From the NCBI GenBank assembly GCA_002245135.1, contig NGBS01000321.1, positions 1-64,000 of the forward strand: a DNA stretch of 64,000 nt, written 5' to 3'. Positions 1-15,000 of the stretch are shown here, piece by piece. The DNA comes from Proteromonas lacertae. Lineage: Eukaryota. Position 1 is the stretch's first letter, and each line of letters opens with the position of its first letter. Both the position numbers and the translations under genes were made by a program. The notes beneath the pieces are model-generated. The model had not been told where the DNA came from. It searched no databases and worked only from the letters and a program-made list of their open reading frames with translations.

Positions 1-3000
1 AATTAATAAATATTGATCCACTAGTTGAAGAACCATTACCTGAATTAACAACAATAGATCCACTTATACTCTCACCACTTCCACTATTTATTAATATATT
101 GCCACTAATGCTACCATCTCCAGTGGAAATTTCAATGTAACCAACATCGGTAGTAGCATCACTTGTACTAAAATGTATTGATCCACTTGTTGATTTACCA
201 TTTCCACTTAGTATATTGATTGAACCACCTATGTTACTACTTCCACTAAGTATATAAATTGAACCACCTGTTGATGTACTTTTACCACCTGTCATATTTA
301 TTGAACCATCATCACTTAATAAATAGATTGATCCACTGGTACTTTTACCATTTCCACTTTCTATATTTATACTTCCTCCTAAACTTCCACTTCCACTCAC
401 CAAAAAGATTGAACCACCACTTGTATTACCACTACCTCCTTCTAATAAGATTGAACCAACTTTATTAGAATTACCACTTAGAATTGTTATACTACCACTT
501 GTTACACCTGTTCCACTTATTATTCTTGTATTACCACCTGATTTACCACTTCCATTTTCGATAAAAATACTTCCACCACTTGTTTCACTTCCATCTATGT
601 GAATATTGATTGATCCAACTGTAGAATCAGATGATCCACTTTCGATTGTTAAAGACCCACTGGTTGAGCTACTAGATCCACTCTTTATTAAGATTGAACC
701 ACCACTTGAACCATTTCCACTATCAAACGATATTGAACCACTTACTTTTGATCCATTTCCACTCAGTATTGATATACTTCCACCTATTTCATTTCCATCT
801 TCATTCAAGATAAAAATACTTCCTGAGGTTGTTTTACCACTTCCACTAACTATTTCGATTGAACCACTTTTTAATCCACTTCCAGTAGTCAATAATATTG
901 AACCAACATTGGAACTACCATCTCCACTTTGGATTCTTATTTCACCTACAGTATTACTACTTGAACCACTTTCGATTAAGATTGAACCACTTGTACTTTT
1001 ACTACTACCACTTTCAATAGTTATTTCACCTCCATTATCACTTCCACTTCCACTTTTAAGATATAATGATCCACTCGTTGAACTTCCACTTCCACTTTCA
1101 ATATAGATTGAACCACTCACTGTATTATTTTCACTGAATATTTGGATTTCACCACTGGTAGTTTGGCCTGCTCCACTTAATATATTTATTGAACCACCTA
1201 TTCCAGATGATTCACCTCCATTTATAAATATTGAGCCACCACTAGTTGTTCCTTTTCCTCCTTTTAATAATATTGAACCACTACTATTGGATCCATTACC
1301 ACTTTTCACATATATTGAACCTCCACTGTTACTACCATTTCCATTTTTTATATTGATTGATCCACCAATTTTACTACTTCCACTTTCTATTGAAATATTG
1401 CCACCAGCTTTATCATTAGCTTCACTACTTCCACTCTTTATTAATATTGAACCAACTACAGTAGCATTACCACTTTCTATATTTATTGATCCACTTGTTA
1501 ATTTACCACTTCCACTTAGTATATTGATTGAACCACCTATGTTACCACTTCCACTAAGTATATAAATTGAACCACCTGTTGATGTACTTTTACCACCTGT
1601 CATATTTATTGAACCATCATCACTTAATAAATAGATTGATCCACTGGTACTTTTACCATTTCCACTTTCTATATTTATACTTCCTCCTAAACTTCCACTT
1701 CCACTCATCAAAAAGATTGAACCACCACTTGTATTACCACTACCTCCTTCTAATAAGATTGAACCAACTTTATTAGAATTAGCAGTCTTAATGAACACAT
1801 TACCAGATGTAGAACCATGTCCACTTAAAAATTGAATTGATCCACCTAGTAAACCTACTCCTGATTCAATGTTAACTCCTCCTCCTTCTGATCCAGTACC
1901 AGAAGATATTTGAATTGATCCTGATTGATTCGCATCTTCAGTTCTTATAAATATTGATCCACTTGTATTTCCTGTGTTACTAAATATTGTTATTGATCCT
2001 CCTTCTGCTGCTGAACCAGATTCAATAAATATTGATCCTCCTGTTGACAAACCATTTCCTGGAATTACATTGATTGATCCTGCATTATTTGATCCTTCAA
2101 CTTTTATATATACTGAACCACTTGTTGATGTTGAGTCTGCAGAAGCAATGTTTACAGAACCACTTTGACCAGTACCTTGATTACCACTGTGAATATTAAT
2201 ATATCCAGCTTTAGTCTGTCCATTTCCACCTATAAATGAAATAGATGAACCAATCTGTGATGATCCAGTGTTAATTGTTATTACTCCAGAGTTTGTTGCT
2301 CCATTTGTTTTAATATTAATTATTCCACCTTCATTACCATCTCCACTTAATAAATTAACACTACCACTTACACTACCACTTCCTGAAGCAATGACAATAG
2401 ATCCAACTGTAGTTGCAGATCCAGTATTGATAAAAATACTACCACTTGTTTTTCCTTTTTCAGTTTGAATAGATACTGAACCAGATTGTGATGCACTTCC
2501 AGTAGTTAAATGGATATCACCGCCCAAGTTATATCCACTACCAGCTAAGATAAAAACACTTCCTGCAGATTCTGTAGATGTACCGACTTTCATTAATATA
2601 TCACCTGTATAATCACTACCTTCAGTATGAATAGATACATCACCAGAAGCACTAATTGTATCGTTAGTTGTTAAAATAATAGCACCTCCATAATCTTTTC
2701 CTGTTCCAGATCTAATATAGATTGAACCACCAGTATCTCCTGATGATGAACCACCTATTGCATTAATGTTTCCAGCTTTACCAGCACTTTCAGTTTGAAT
2801 TAATATAGATGCTGAAATACCTTTATTTTCATCTTTGGGACTTTTACCAAGGATTAAAACAGATCCACCAATATTGGAACTATCACCTGCATTTACATAT
2901 ACATTACCTCCTTGTTGATTAACTAAACTTGAATTACCAGCTGTAAATCTAATATCACCAGTCAATTGTTCATCACCAGTTTCGATATATATTTCACCTG

Positions 3001-6000
3001 ATCTTCCTTCTTCAAAAGATGCTCCTGTAGAGAATGTTATATTTCCACCAAGATCAAAACCATCACCAGAAGTAACATTCAAATCACCTCCTTTTGATGT
3101 TAATTTTGTACCTGATTCAATAAGAATATCACCTCCACTTTTACCTGTTGAAGTTCCTGGTTTAATTAATATTGAACCAGCAGAACCATCATCACCAGTT
3201 GCAATAGATAAAGAGCCACCTTCACCATTAACAGATTCAGACACACTAGTAGTAATACTAACATCACCACCTTTATTAAATCCATCTCCTGACTGTAATG
3301 ACACAATTCCACCAATATCTTCTCCTTTACCTCCTCTTACTAATATATCACCAGCTAAATTTCCATTACCTGGAGAGATTAAGATTTGTCCTGCTGTTGA
3401 AATTGAATTTCCAGTAATAAATGATATACTACCTGATTTACTTAATTCAGAATTACCAGTTGCCATTTTAATATCTCCTGATATTGATGTTGATGAATAA
3501 CCAGTTGTTGTTGATATTGATCCACTAGTTGTTGTACCAGATCCTCTTACTTCTAAAACACATGGAGTACTTCCAGTTGACAAACCTGATAATACATAAA
3601 CATCACTAGCAGTTTCACCTTTACCACCTTTAATTTCAATATCAGCAACAGTACCAGTAGAATTACCAGTTAATATTTCAATATTACCACTATTCTTAAC
3701 TGCAGATCCTGATATGAATGCTATTGAACCAGTTTTACCAGTTTCTTCATTGTTGTTAGTTGTTATACTAATTGATCCTGTAACATTATTTGCTATACCT
3801 GATATAAACTCAATCATTTCCTCCTAATGAATTACTTCCACTACTAGATCCTGATTCAATATTCACTGTACCTCCTTGTTTTAAATAACTACTACCAGCT
3901 TTAAACTTAACAGATCCACCATCATTTTGATTTGATGAACTTGCATTTACAACAATATAACCTCCTTCATAATTCAATGATCTTCCACCTTCTAATGAAA
4001 TTGATCCTGCAGCTGCTTGTGAATCACCAGTTTGGAACAATATAGATCCGGATGAACTACTTAAAGCATTACTTGTTTCAAATGTTATATTTCCTGCTCT
4101 ACCATCACTTTGATCAGTTCTAATGATAATTCTACCACTATCTCTTCCACTTCCTGATGTAACATTAACTACACCTCCCACAGAGACTTTACTATCACCT
4201 GCAGTAATAAATATAGATCCTGCTACATCGGTTGATTTTCCTGGATTTATATGAATTGATCCACCTAGTATCTGACTTGAACCAGCTTTGAATGTGATTG
4301 TTCCACTTGATTGACCATATAAGGTATTTCCTTCAGTATTTATAACAATACCACCAGAACTAGATGATGATGCACTTCTAATATAAATATTTCCACTTGA
4401 AAAACCACCACCTGATACAATATTAATATTTCCTCCATTACCTGATGTATCACTATTACCAGTTACTAAATTAATTGAACCAGTCTTTGAATCTGCATTT
4501 ATGACTATTCTTATATCACCACCTTTATTAGATTTTGATTTACCTGTCTTAATTGCAATTGAACCAGATTCTATTGATGAACTTCCTGTCTTGAAATTAA
4601 TACTTCCACTTGTTGTATTGGATGGAGTACTTGCATATATTGATCCTGATTCTCCTGACACAAATCTTACATCTCCAGCTTTATTATTTGATTCACCACT
4701 TTGTATTTTTATATTACCAGATTCTAATCCATTACCTGTCTTTAATTCTACACTTCCTGTTTCTCCATTGTCTGTTGTTTTTCCTGAAGTTAATGATATA
4801 ATACCAGAATTAGCAGCATCACCAGTCTTAATATTGAAATTACCACTTTCTTTACCAATACCACTTTCTAATGTAACATTTCCTGATACTTTTCCATATC
4901 CACTCTTTACATTTATATCTCCACCTTTTTCATTTAAGGATGAACCAGTTTCAACAGTTATATTACCAGCTGCAACAGGTGAAGATCCTGATTCAATATT
5001 AATTGATCCTCCATCTAATCTACCATTACCACCAGTGAAAGTTATAGATCCACTATTCAAGGATGAATCTGTTACAATTTCAATATCTCCAGAACTAGCT
5101 GAATCTTCTGATTTTATCATTATTGCACCAGATGAACTTACTCCTTGACCTGATCTGAATACAATACTTCCTGATGTTTTTGATTGGCTTGTTTCAATGT
5201 TAATATCACCAGATTCTCTATTAGATGATCCACTTTCTAATACTACCTTTCCACCTTCTGTCTGCATATTATTACTAGCTGATACTAATATATCACCTCC
5301 TTTATTACTTGATGATCCTTTAAAAACTATATTTCCTACTTCATTCTGTGAATCTCCTGTATTTATTCTTATACTTCCAGATATTTTCTCACTGTTACTG
5401 GAAGATAATTTAATAGAACCACTATTCTGTTCACCTTTTGCAGTATTAACTACTATTGATCCACCACCTGTTTTACCTTTACCAGCTTCAAAACTGATTA
5501 TACTACCATCTCCAGAAGTTGATCTTCCACCTGCAATCTTTATACTTGTTCCATCCAAATATGATGATTTACTTCTTAATATAATTGATCCAGATTTTGA
5601 AAGAGCTGAAGATCCAGTTTCTACAATTAATGATTTAACTCCAGCATTGATATTAATATCACCAGATTTAGATAAATCTGAAAGATCAGTTTCAAATTTA
5701 ATATTACCACTTGAAGCAGCGCCTTCACCTGATTTGAATGTAATACTTCCACCATAGTTATTCCTTGAATAACCACTACGTAGAATAATATTTCCACCTT
5801 TTACACCAGATCCAGCTTCAAACATTATTTGACCTGAATTATCATTCTTACTACTACCAGTTGTCATTTCAATATCTCCTGATTTCTGTACAGATTTACC
5901 TGTATTTACAAATATTGTACTATTTCTTCCTTTTGTTGTATATGAGATTGATCCACTTACTTTTGAATCAGCAGTAATCATATTCACATCACCACTACTT

Positions 6001-9000
6001 CTACTTTCAGATTCACCTGATTTTATATAAATGGATGATGCTATACCTCCAGAACCAGTTTCAAATCTAATAGTGCCAGAAACATCAGAAGAAGAATCAC
6101 CACTCTTAAACTCAAAATTACCTGACTTTGTATTACCTACACTATTTCCAGTAATCATTGATATATTACCAGAAACTACTGATGATGGAGTAATGAATGA
6201 AATTTCACCACTTTTATCAATACCACTTCCACTTTTAATATAAATATCACCTCCATTATCTTTCGATGATGAACCTGATTTTACTTCTATTACTCCACCA
6301 CCTGACACTCCTGAACCAGAATTAAATGTAATCTTTCCTGATGTTTTACTATCTCCTGCTTTCATTCTTATATCACCACTCTGTGAATAATGTTCATTTG
6401 TCTTAATTTCAATATTTGATTCCATTGATTTGAATGAAATATCACCTCCTTTTATTACACCTGCTCCTGATTCAATGTTAATGTTTGATCCTTCTAAATT
6501 GATATTTCCTGATGAACTGTTTGATGACGTTAAGAATGATATTGCACCAGATTTAATACTTGAATCACCTGATTCTATTAATACTGAACCAGATAATGCA
6601 GTTCCATTTCCTGTGGATAAATCAATCATACCTGACTTTCCTTTATTACTATATGATTTCACATCAATATTACCACTTGATCTTCCTCCTTTTCCTGATT
6701 CAATATTAACAGATCCTAAGAATCCTGATCCACCAGTAATCTTGATAGAAGCTCCATAATAATTCTTTCTATTTAACACATTTTTACCTGCTCGAATGTA
6801 TATATCACCAGATTTTCTCCATGCTTTACCTACTTCTATTACAATAGATCCTGCTTTATTAGAATTGGATGTTTCCAGTCTAATTGAACCTGATGCTTCA
6901 TTTCCATTACCTGTTTTAATACTAACAGATCCACTATCCACTGATGAAACTCCTGTAACTAATTGAATATCACCACTACCAGATACACCACTTCCTGTCT
7001 TAATTGATATATAACCAGATGTGCCTTTAGATTGTGATGTTATATAAGACATATTACCACTCGTTGAAACACCTCTTCTTGTTATTATTCTTAAATCACT
7101 TGATTCTTCATTTGATTTTCCTGTTTCGAAGTTGATATTTCCACCTTGAGCAGATTCACTATTCAACGAGCTTCCAGCATTTATTTCAATATCTCCTCCA
7201 CTTCCAAATATATTACTTGATCCAGCTTTAAGAACAATAGATCCACCAATAGATCCATTTTCCACTTTGAATTTGATATCACCATCTTTTGCATTGGATG
7301 ATCCACTTCTTAGCTTTAGACTACCAGCTTTTCCACTTATAAATGAAATTGTGCCACTTGGTATTGAAGATGATGAGTAACTATTTGATGATTTTATATT
7401 CAACATATAATTTGATTGCAATTCAATACTTCCACTTATTTCACCACTTTCTGAACCAATCTTTATACTTCCAGAAACAATACCTGAATTAGTCTTGAAT
7501 CTTAGATCACCAGTCTTTGATTTAGCTTCTGTCATAATATGAAGATATCTACTGTCTTTTATTGATACTGAACCAGTATTTCCATTTTCGCTATTACCAG
7601 CTTCAATATTCAAAGTGGATGAAGCATCGACTGTTATTACACCTGAATCACTTGATTTACCAGTTTCAATTATTACATCTCCTCCAACTTTACCAGAACC
7701 TGTTTTTACATGAATTGCTCCATATTTATTGAATGAATTTGTGTTAATATCTATACCACCTGACATTCTCTTACCTTCACCTGTCATAAAGTATATATCA
7801 GCTGAGTTTCTAGAAGAATCTTCCAGTTTCAATCATAATCTTTCCTGATTTCAAACTCTTTGATGATTCTATTTCAATGTTTCCTGAAGATTTTGATGCA
7901 CTTCTTCCTGTTTCAATTTCAATATTACCAGCATCTTTCTTATTACTTGAACCTGATTTAAATATCACAGATCCAGCTACTCCATCATTTACATTCATTG
8001 CATTAATAATTATACTGCCAGCATTATTCTTATTTGTAATATCTATTGTTGAACCAGCTTTAAATCTAACATCTGAACTTGAAATAATATCAATAGATCC
8101 TGATGATTTTCCAGCTCCTGTTTCAATTAGTATTTCTCCTGTTTCTGATGAAGTTGTTGTTTGAATATCTATTGAACCAGATACTAATTCTCCATCTTCT
8201 GTTTTTATCTTAATTTCACCACTTTCATCATCAGAATTTCCTGTTTCGAATGAGACTTTTCCAGATGATTTTTTCTCTGATTTTCCTGATTTTATATTTA
8301 TAGGAGAACCTGCAATACCGCTTCCTCCTAATAATTCAATATCTCCACCATTATATGTGTTTATTGCTATAGATCCACCATTATTACTATCAACAGAAAA
8401 TCCAGTTGAAATATTCACAGATCCACCTATTGTACCATTACCACTCACCATATTTATATCACCTCCTTTAGATGATGAATCTCCTGCAATTATATTCAAA
8501 CTTCCACTTTCTACTTCAAATGATATACTTCCTGATTTTGAACCATTTCCAGTTTGAATATTTATATTTCCACTTGATAATTCACCAATACCAGTCATAA
8601 ATGATATTCCTCCTGTTTTGTCTGATTCATCATTAGTTGTTATTATTTTTATTGATCCAGATTCTACACTTGATTCATTACTCTTTAGATTTATTGAACC
8701 TCCTTCAATTTTACCTTCACCTCCTTTCATTACTATTTCACTTCCTATTCTGTTATTAGATTCACCTGGTTTTAATGTAATATTTCCAGATATAAAATTG
8801 ATTGAACCACCATCAGCAAAACTACTACTACCTATTTCCATGTTTATATCTCCTGATTTACTATTACTTTCACCAGTTTCAATTGATAATTCACCATTTG
8901 TACTTTCAAATACTATTGATCCTGATTGAATATCACTCTTTCCTGATTTTATATATACATCTCCTCCTTCAGATGAACCTTCTCCTGATGATAATTTAAT

Positions 9001-12000
9001 ACTTCCACCAGTTTTACCTTCTTCTGTCTTAAATAATATATCACCAGCTTTTCCATTCATATTCAAACCAGATGTAATGGTTGTATTACTATCATCTAAA
9101 TTGTTATCTAAATGAAGTGTAATTTCGCCAGCTAATGTTCCATTTCCAGTTACAAATTCAATATCTCCAGTTGATCTAGCATTATCACCTGTATGTAACA
9201 ATATTTCACCTGATTTTGAAGTACCATTTCCTGTTTCAATATCTATTGATCCACTTACAGCTGTTCCTGTTGTACTGATCTTTACATCACCACCTCTACC
9301 AGAGCCTTGTGCTGAATTAATCTCAATATTACCTGGTAAAGATTTATTACCTCCTGCTATTAATGTTATACTTTCATCGATTTTGATTGAAGCACCTTTA
9401 ATACCATTTGATTCTCCTACATTTATTTCTATACTTCCTGATTTTCCATTGTAGGATATTGATCCAGTTTCAAAATCAATACCTCCAGATTCTCCTCCAT
9501 TTGTTTTGGCTGTTTCTAGCTTGATTGATCCAGAAACTTCCTTTTCACTATTTCCTGTTTTTAATGAAATTGAGCCAGATGTTTTGGGTGATGAAGTGTT
9601 GTTATATCTATATCACCAGTCTTACCATCAGGACTTGCACCAGACTCGAATGAAATATCACCTCCTTCACCATTCTCTGAATTACCACCATTTATCACTA
9701 TGTTTGATGTTACTTTTTCACCATTTCCTCCTTGAATTGTTATATTACCAGCACTAGTAGAACTAGCTGTTTCAAATAATATAGAACCTGTATTAGCACC
9801 ATCTCCTATCTTTAAATTCAAATCACCACTTCCATCTTTATCACTATTACCAGTATTAATCTTAATACTTCCAGATATAATACCTGATCCAGATTCTAAT
9901 TTTATTGAACCAGCTTCTTTATCACTTCCATGACCAGCTTTAAATGTTAAATTTCCTGATCTCATTGCTGATCCTGTTGTTACTGTTAAGTTACCAGATG
10001 AGGATTGATTACTACTTCCAGTTACAAACTTTATTGTTCCAGCTTTTTTATCAGATGATCCTGTTTCTATTTGAATAAAACCACTTTCTTGGTTGTTTGA
10101 TGTACTTATATCAATAGATCCACTGTTTATACCAGATCCAGCTTTCAAATTAACATCACCACTTGAAATAACACCATAACCAGAAGATAATGTAACATTA
10201 CCTCCATCTTCCTTTTCTTTGTCAAACACATTAATATTTACACTTCCAGATATCTTATTGGATGATCCAGTTTTGATATTAATATCACCAGATGTAATGG
10301 AATTGTCAGTTGTATTACCTCCAGTCATTATTGTTATATTACCAACTTCTTTTGATGCTGTTGTTTCAACATAGATTGATCCTGTTACTTTACCAGAACC
10401 AGTTTCAATATAAATATCTCCTCCATCATTTTGTTCTGATGATCCTGAACTAATTATTAAACTTCCTGATATTTGATTTGAATTACCTGTTCCTAGTTTG
10501 ATTGATCCTGATTCACTCTTTGCATTACCAGTAGACATTTTAGCATTTCCACTATTCTTTAATGCTTCTCCAGTTGCCATTAATATTAAACCAGATTCTT
10601 TCAATGAATCAGCACTTTGAATTGATATTTTACCACTTGTATAGTCATCAGAAACACCAGAATTTACTTTAATATCACCTCCATTATAATCTCCATCAGA
10701 TTTTCCACCAATAAATTCAACATTACCAGCTACTTGATTAGATTCACCTGGTTGAATGATTATATTTCCACTTATCTTACTAATTGATTCTCCTGTTGTT
10801 AATAATATATCACCAGATGAAACTACTCCCTCTCCAGTCATCATTTTAATATTACCACTTGATTTTGCACTTGATTCAGTAGATATTGTTATATTACCAC
10901 TACTCTTTACTGTATTAGATGTAATATTATATCTTCGAGTCAATGCTTGAATACCAGCTAAAATATCCATTGCCATCTTCACTTTATTAACTTCAAGGAA
11001 ATCAACCATTGAGAAATTCTTTTCAGGTATTCTGTATAATTCTTCTTTGACAATATATTCTGGGAATACTTCTTCTACTTCATTGGCAATAAAACCTCTA
11101 ACAGGTCTATCTTTACTATAACCATATTCTTCAGGCATCATTTCACGAACTTCTTTCCATTCTTCGGTGTAAGTATATGACTTAACTTTCAATTGTTGTA
11201 ATCTGAATAAAATATCTTCAACATCTATTCTTTCAATATTTTCTTTTACTCTTCTATCAGATGGATAAATATCTTCAACAAATTGATGTGGAACATGTGA
11301 GAATATCTTATGAGATTGAATTCTAAATACTGCTTTAGATGAACCTTGTAACCTTGATCTCAAATGTCGAATTAAGAATTCTCCATTTTTATCAGTAAAT
11401 TGGATTATATTATCACCTCTTGCTACAGTTTCAAAGTTATTCTTTGGTGGTGTATATATCTTAATTCCATTTTCATCAATTATTAAACGTGGATTAGCTG
11501 AATCGGATATTTCGAATAACGGAGTGGTTATTTCAATATTACCTCCACTAACTGTACCATTTCCACTTACAAATAGTATATTTCCACCATTTGTATTACC
11601 TTTTCCACCTTTCAATTCTATATCACCTCCTTTTCCACTTTCACTATCTCCTCCTTTAAATTCAATATTACCAGCTTGTTTAGCATCTCCACTCTTTATT
11701 GAATAAGTTGATGATTTTTCATATCCATTTCTCATTTTCAAATGAATTTCACCACTTTGTTTCTTACCAGAACCACTCTCAATTTCTATATTACCAGAAT
11801 AATTACCTGATAAAGTTGAAATAGTCAAATTACCACCTGCAAACTTACCATCACCAGCATTCATATTAATTACACTACCATTTCCTCTAGCTGAATAACC
11901 TCCTTCAATTGATATAGCACCAGATCCATTAATAGCATGACCTGATTGTAATACAATTCTGCTAGTCTGACTATAACCACTACCTTTACCAATATTAAAC

Positions 12001-15000
12001 TTAACTGAACCTGAATCACTTACTTCAGTTGATTCAGTTCTTAATGAAATATCTCCACTTGTTGCATTAACTGTATTTCCAGTTACCATATTCACATTAC
12101 CACTACTGCTTCTATGACCTTTACCACTTCGTAATTCTATTTTACCACCTTCAACATCTTCTAGATTATTACCATTAACATCAACATCACCAGCTGATAC
12201 TTCGATATCTCCACCTTTATATAAACCATCTCCACTAGTTAATTCCATTTTACCAGCTTGACCATTTACAGAATCTCCTGTTTGCATTGATATATCACCT
12301 GATTTTTGTTCACTTTCGCCTGTTTTAATGTCAATTTTACCACTTCCATTTATACCAGAATTTGATGATATATCAATTGAACCAGATGTTTTTCCTTCAC
12401 CACTCTTTAATTTCAATTTTCCTCCATTATTCAAATCTGAACTTCCTGAAGCTAATTCTATTGAATTATCACCACTTTCAGAAAATCCTGTTTTAAATGT
12501 AATATTTCCTGATTTGTCAGTAGAATTACCAGTCTTAATATTAATATATCCAGATTCTAATTGTGATTTGGATGTTTTTAATTCAATTGATCCTGTATTG
12601 TTTGAATTAGCAGTTTTTACTAATAAATTTCCTTTTTGTCCAGATATAAAATCTACATTTCCTCCTTTACCATTATCAGAAGAACCAGCTGTCATTCTTA
12701 TTACACCACCATCAGTCAAATTGGATAAACCAGCAGTTAATGAGATAGATCCAGCTGTATATTCACTATTACCAGTCTTAATATTAACATTTGATGAATA
12801 ATTACCATTTCCTGTTTGAATATCTATTGAGCCAGATAGTTTAGCAGAATTTGTTCCTAATTTTATATCACCACTTATATCAGATATTCCACTTTTTAAT
12901 GACACTGATCCTGACTCATCACCTTTACCAGATAACAATTCTAAATCACCACTCTTTTCTTCGGCAATTCCAGTTTTAATAGTCTGCTTTCCTGATATAA
13001 ATGATGATTGAGTTTTAACTGATATTATACCTGATGTAGTATTACTGTTGCCAGTTGTTATATTGATTGATCCAGAGATAAATGAATCTTTTGTATCAAT
13101 CGAGATTGAACCACTTTTACCAGTTATACTTGATCCACTTACCATTCGAATTGATCCACTTGAATTAGATGTTTCAGACGAGGTTTCAATTATTAAATCT
13201 CCACCTTCACTCTTGGATTTACCTCCATGAATTCCTATATTACCACCTACACCTTTATCATTATCACCTCCTTTAAACATAACAGATCCACCAGATTTTG
13301 AAGATTCGGTTGAACCAGCTTTTATATTGATTGAACTACCATTCAATTTCCCAGATCCACCTATTAATTCGATATTGCCTACATTAGAATGACTCGAATT
13401 TCCTGTCTCAATCAAAATCATTCCATTATTCTCGATACTGTTTTCTATAGAAATTTCAATTGATCCACTTTGATTAAATCCACTACTACTCATTATTATA
13501 TTTCCTCCTTTCATCTCACTCGCACCACTAGATAATTCGATATTTCCATAACTTCCTGATTTTATACTGATATTTCCACCATCTAACTTACTTGAATTAG
13601 ATATTAATATTGAACCACCTACGATTGTGCCATTTGAACTTGTCACATTTCCACCTTTCAAAGAGATTGAACCACTTGAGTCTTTACTGTTTATTGTGTT
13701 GATTTCAATTGAACCACTCACTGACACTTCATTGGTACTATTTCCTGTCTTGATTTCTATCTTACCACTGGAATCTTTATTACTTGAACCACTTTCGATT
13801 ATGATTTTACCATTATTCTTTCCTTTACCACTTTCAATATAGATATCACCTCCTTCAGATGTCTTTGATCCACTTCCACTCAACATTTCAATTGAACCAC
13901 CTACTGAACCACTTGATTCACCACTGTGAATCATTATAGAAGAGGAATTATATAAACTAGAACCTCCAATTATATCGATTGGACCACTTTCTTTACCATT
14001 GTTACTAGACATTTCAATTGAACCACTGTCTTTTTCACTTGCACCACTCTTCAACAAGATTGAACCACTTTCACTGTTGTTACTTTTACCACTGGAAATT
14101 TCTATAGATCCACTTAATACTTTACTTTCACCACTTATCATCTCAATTGAACCACTTGATTTTTTACTAGATCCACTTTCGAATGATAAAGATCCACTAT
14201 TATTCACACTTTCACCGCTAGACATTTCTATTGATCCACCTACACCATTCAGATTTTCATCAACTTTTATTAAGATTGAACCACTTTCATCTTTACCTTT
14301 TCCACTCTCGATTAAGATTGAACCACTTAGTTCATTTCCATCATTACTCATAATCTTTATTGATCCATATTCTTTTCCACTTCCACTCTTCAAGGTTAAA
14401 TCACCTCCAGAAATTCCTCCACTTCCACTTATACTAATAATAGAACCACCAATCTTATCACTTTCACCAGCTTTCAAAACTATTGAACCACTAGAAATTT
14501 TACTTGAACCACTCAATAAGATTACATTTCCAGAAGTAGATTGACTATTTAGTTTATCACCATTTCCACTGGATAAGCGGATTTTACCACTTTCAGATTC
14601 GGCATTTGAACTTCGTAATTCTATTGAACCACTTTCTATTTCACTTGACCCACTCTTGATCGAGATTTTACCTCCTTCACCATCTTCAAACATACTATCA
14701 CCACTCTTTAAGTGGATTGATCCACCTAATTCAGATCCAGAACCTATCTCGAACTTTATTGAACCACTTGATTTTTCACTTGAACCACTCTTTAAACTTA
14801 TATCTCCTGATGAACCACGACTGTTACTACTTTCGATTATTATTGATCCACTGGATTTACCTTCACCACTTTCGATCTTTATTGAACCACCAAGTTCTAA
14901 ACTATCTCCACTTTCAAGCTTGATTGAACCACTTAAACCATTTCGACTTTTACCTCCAATTATTTCAATAGAACCACCATCTTCTTTTATACTCGAGCCA

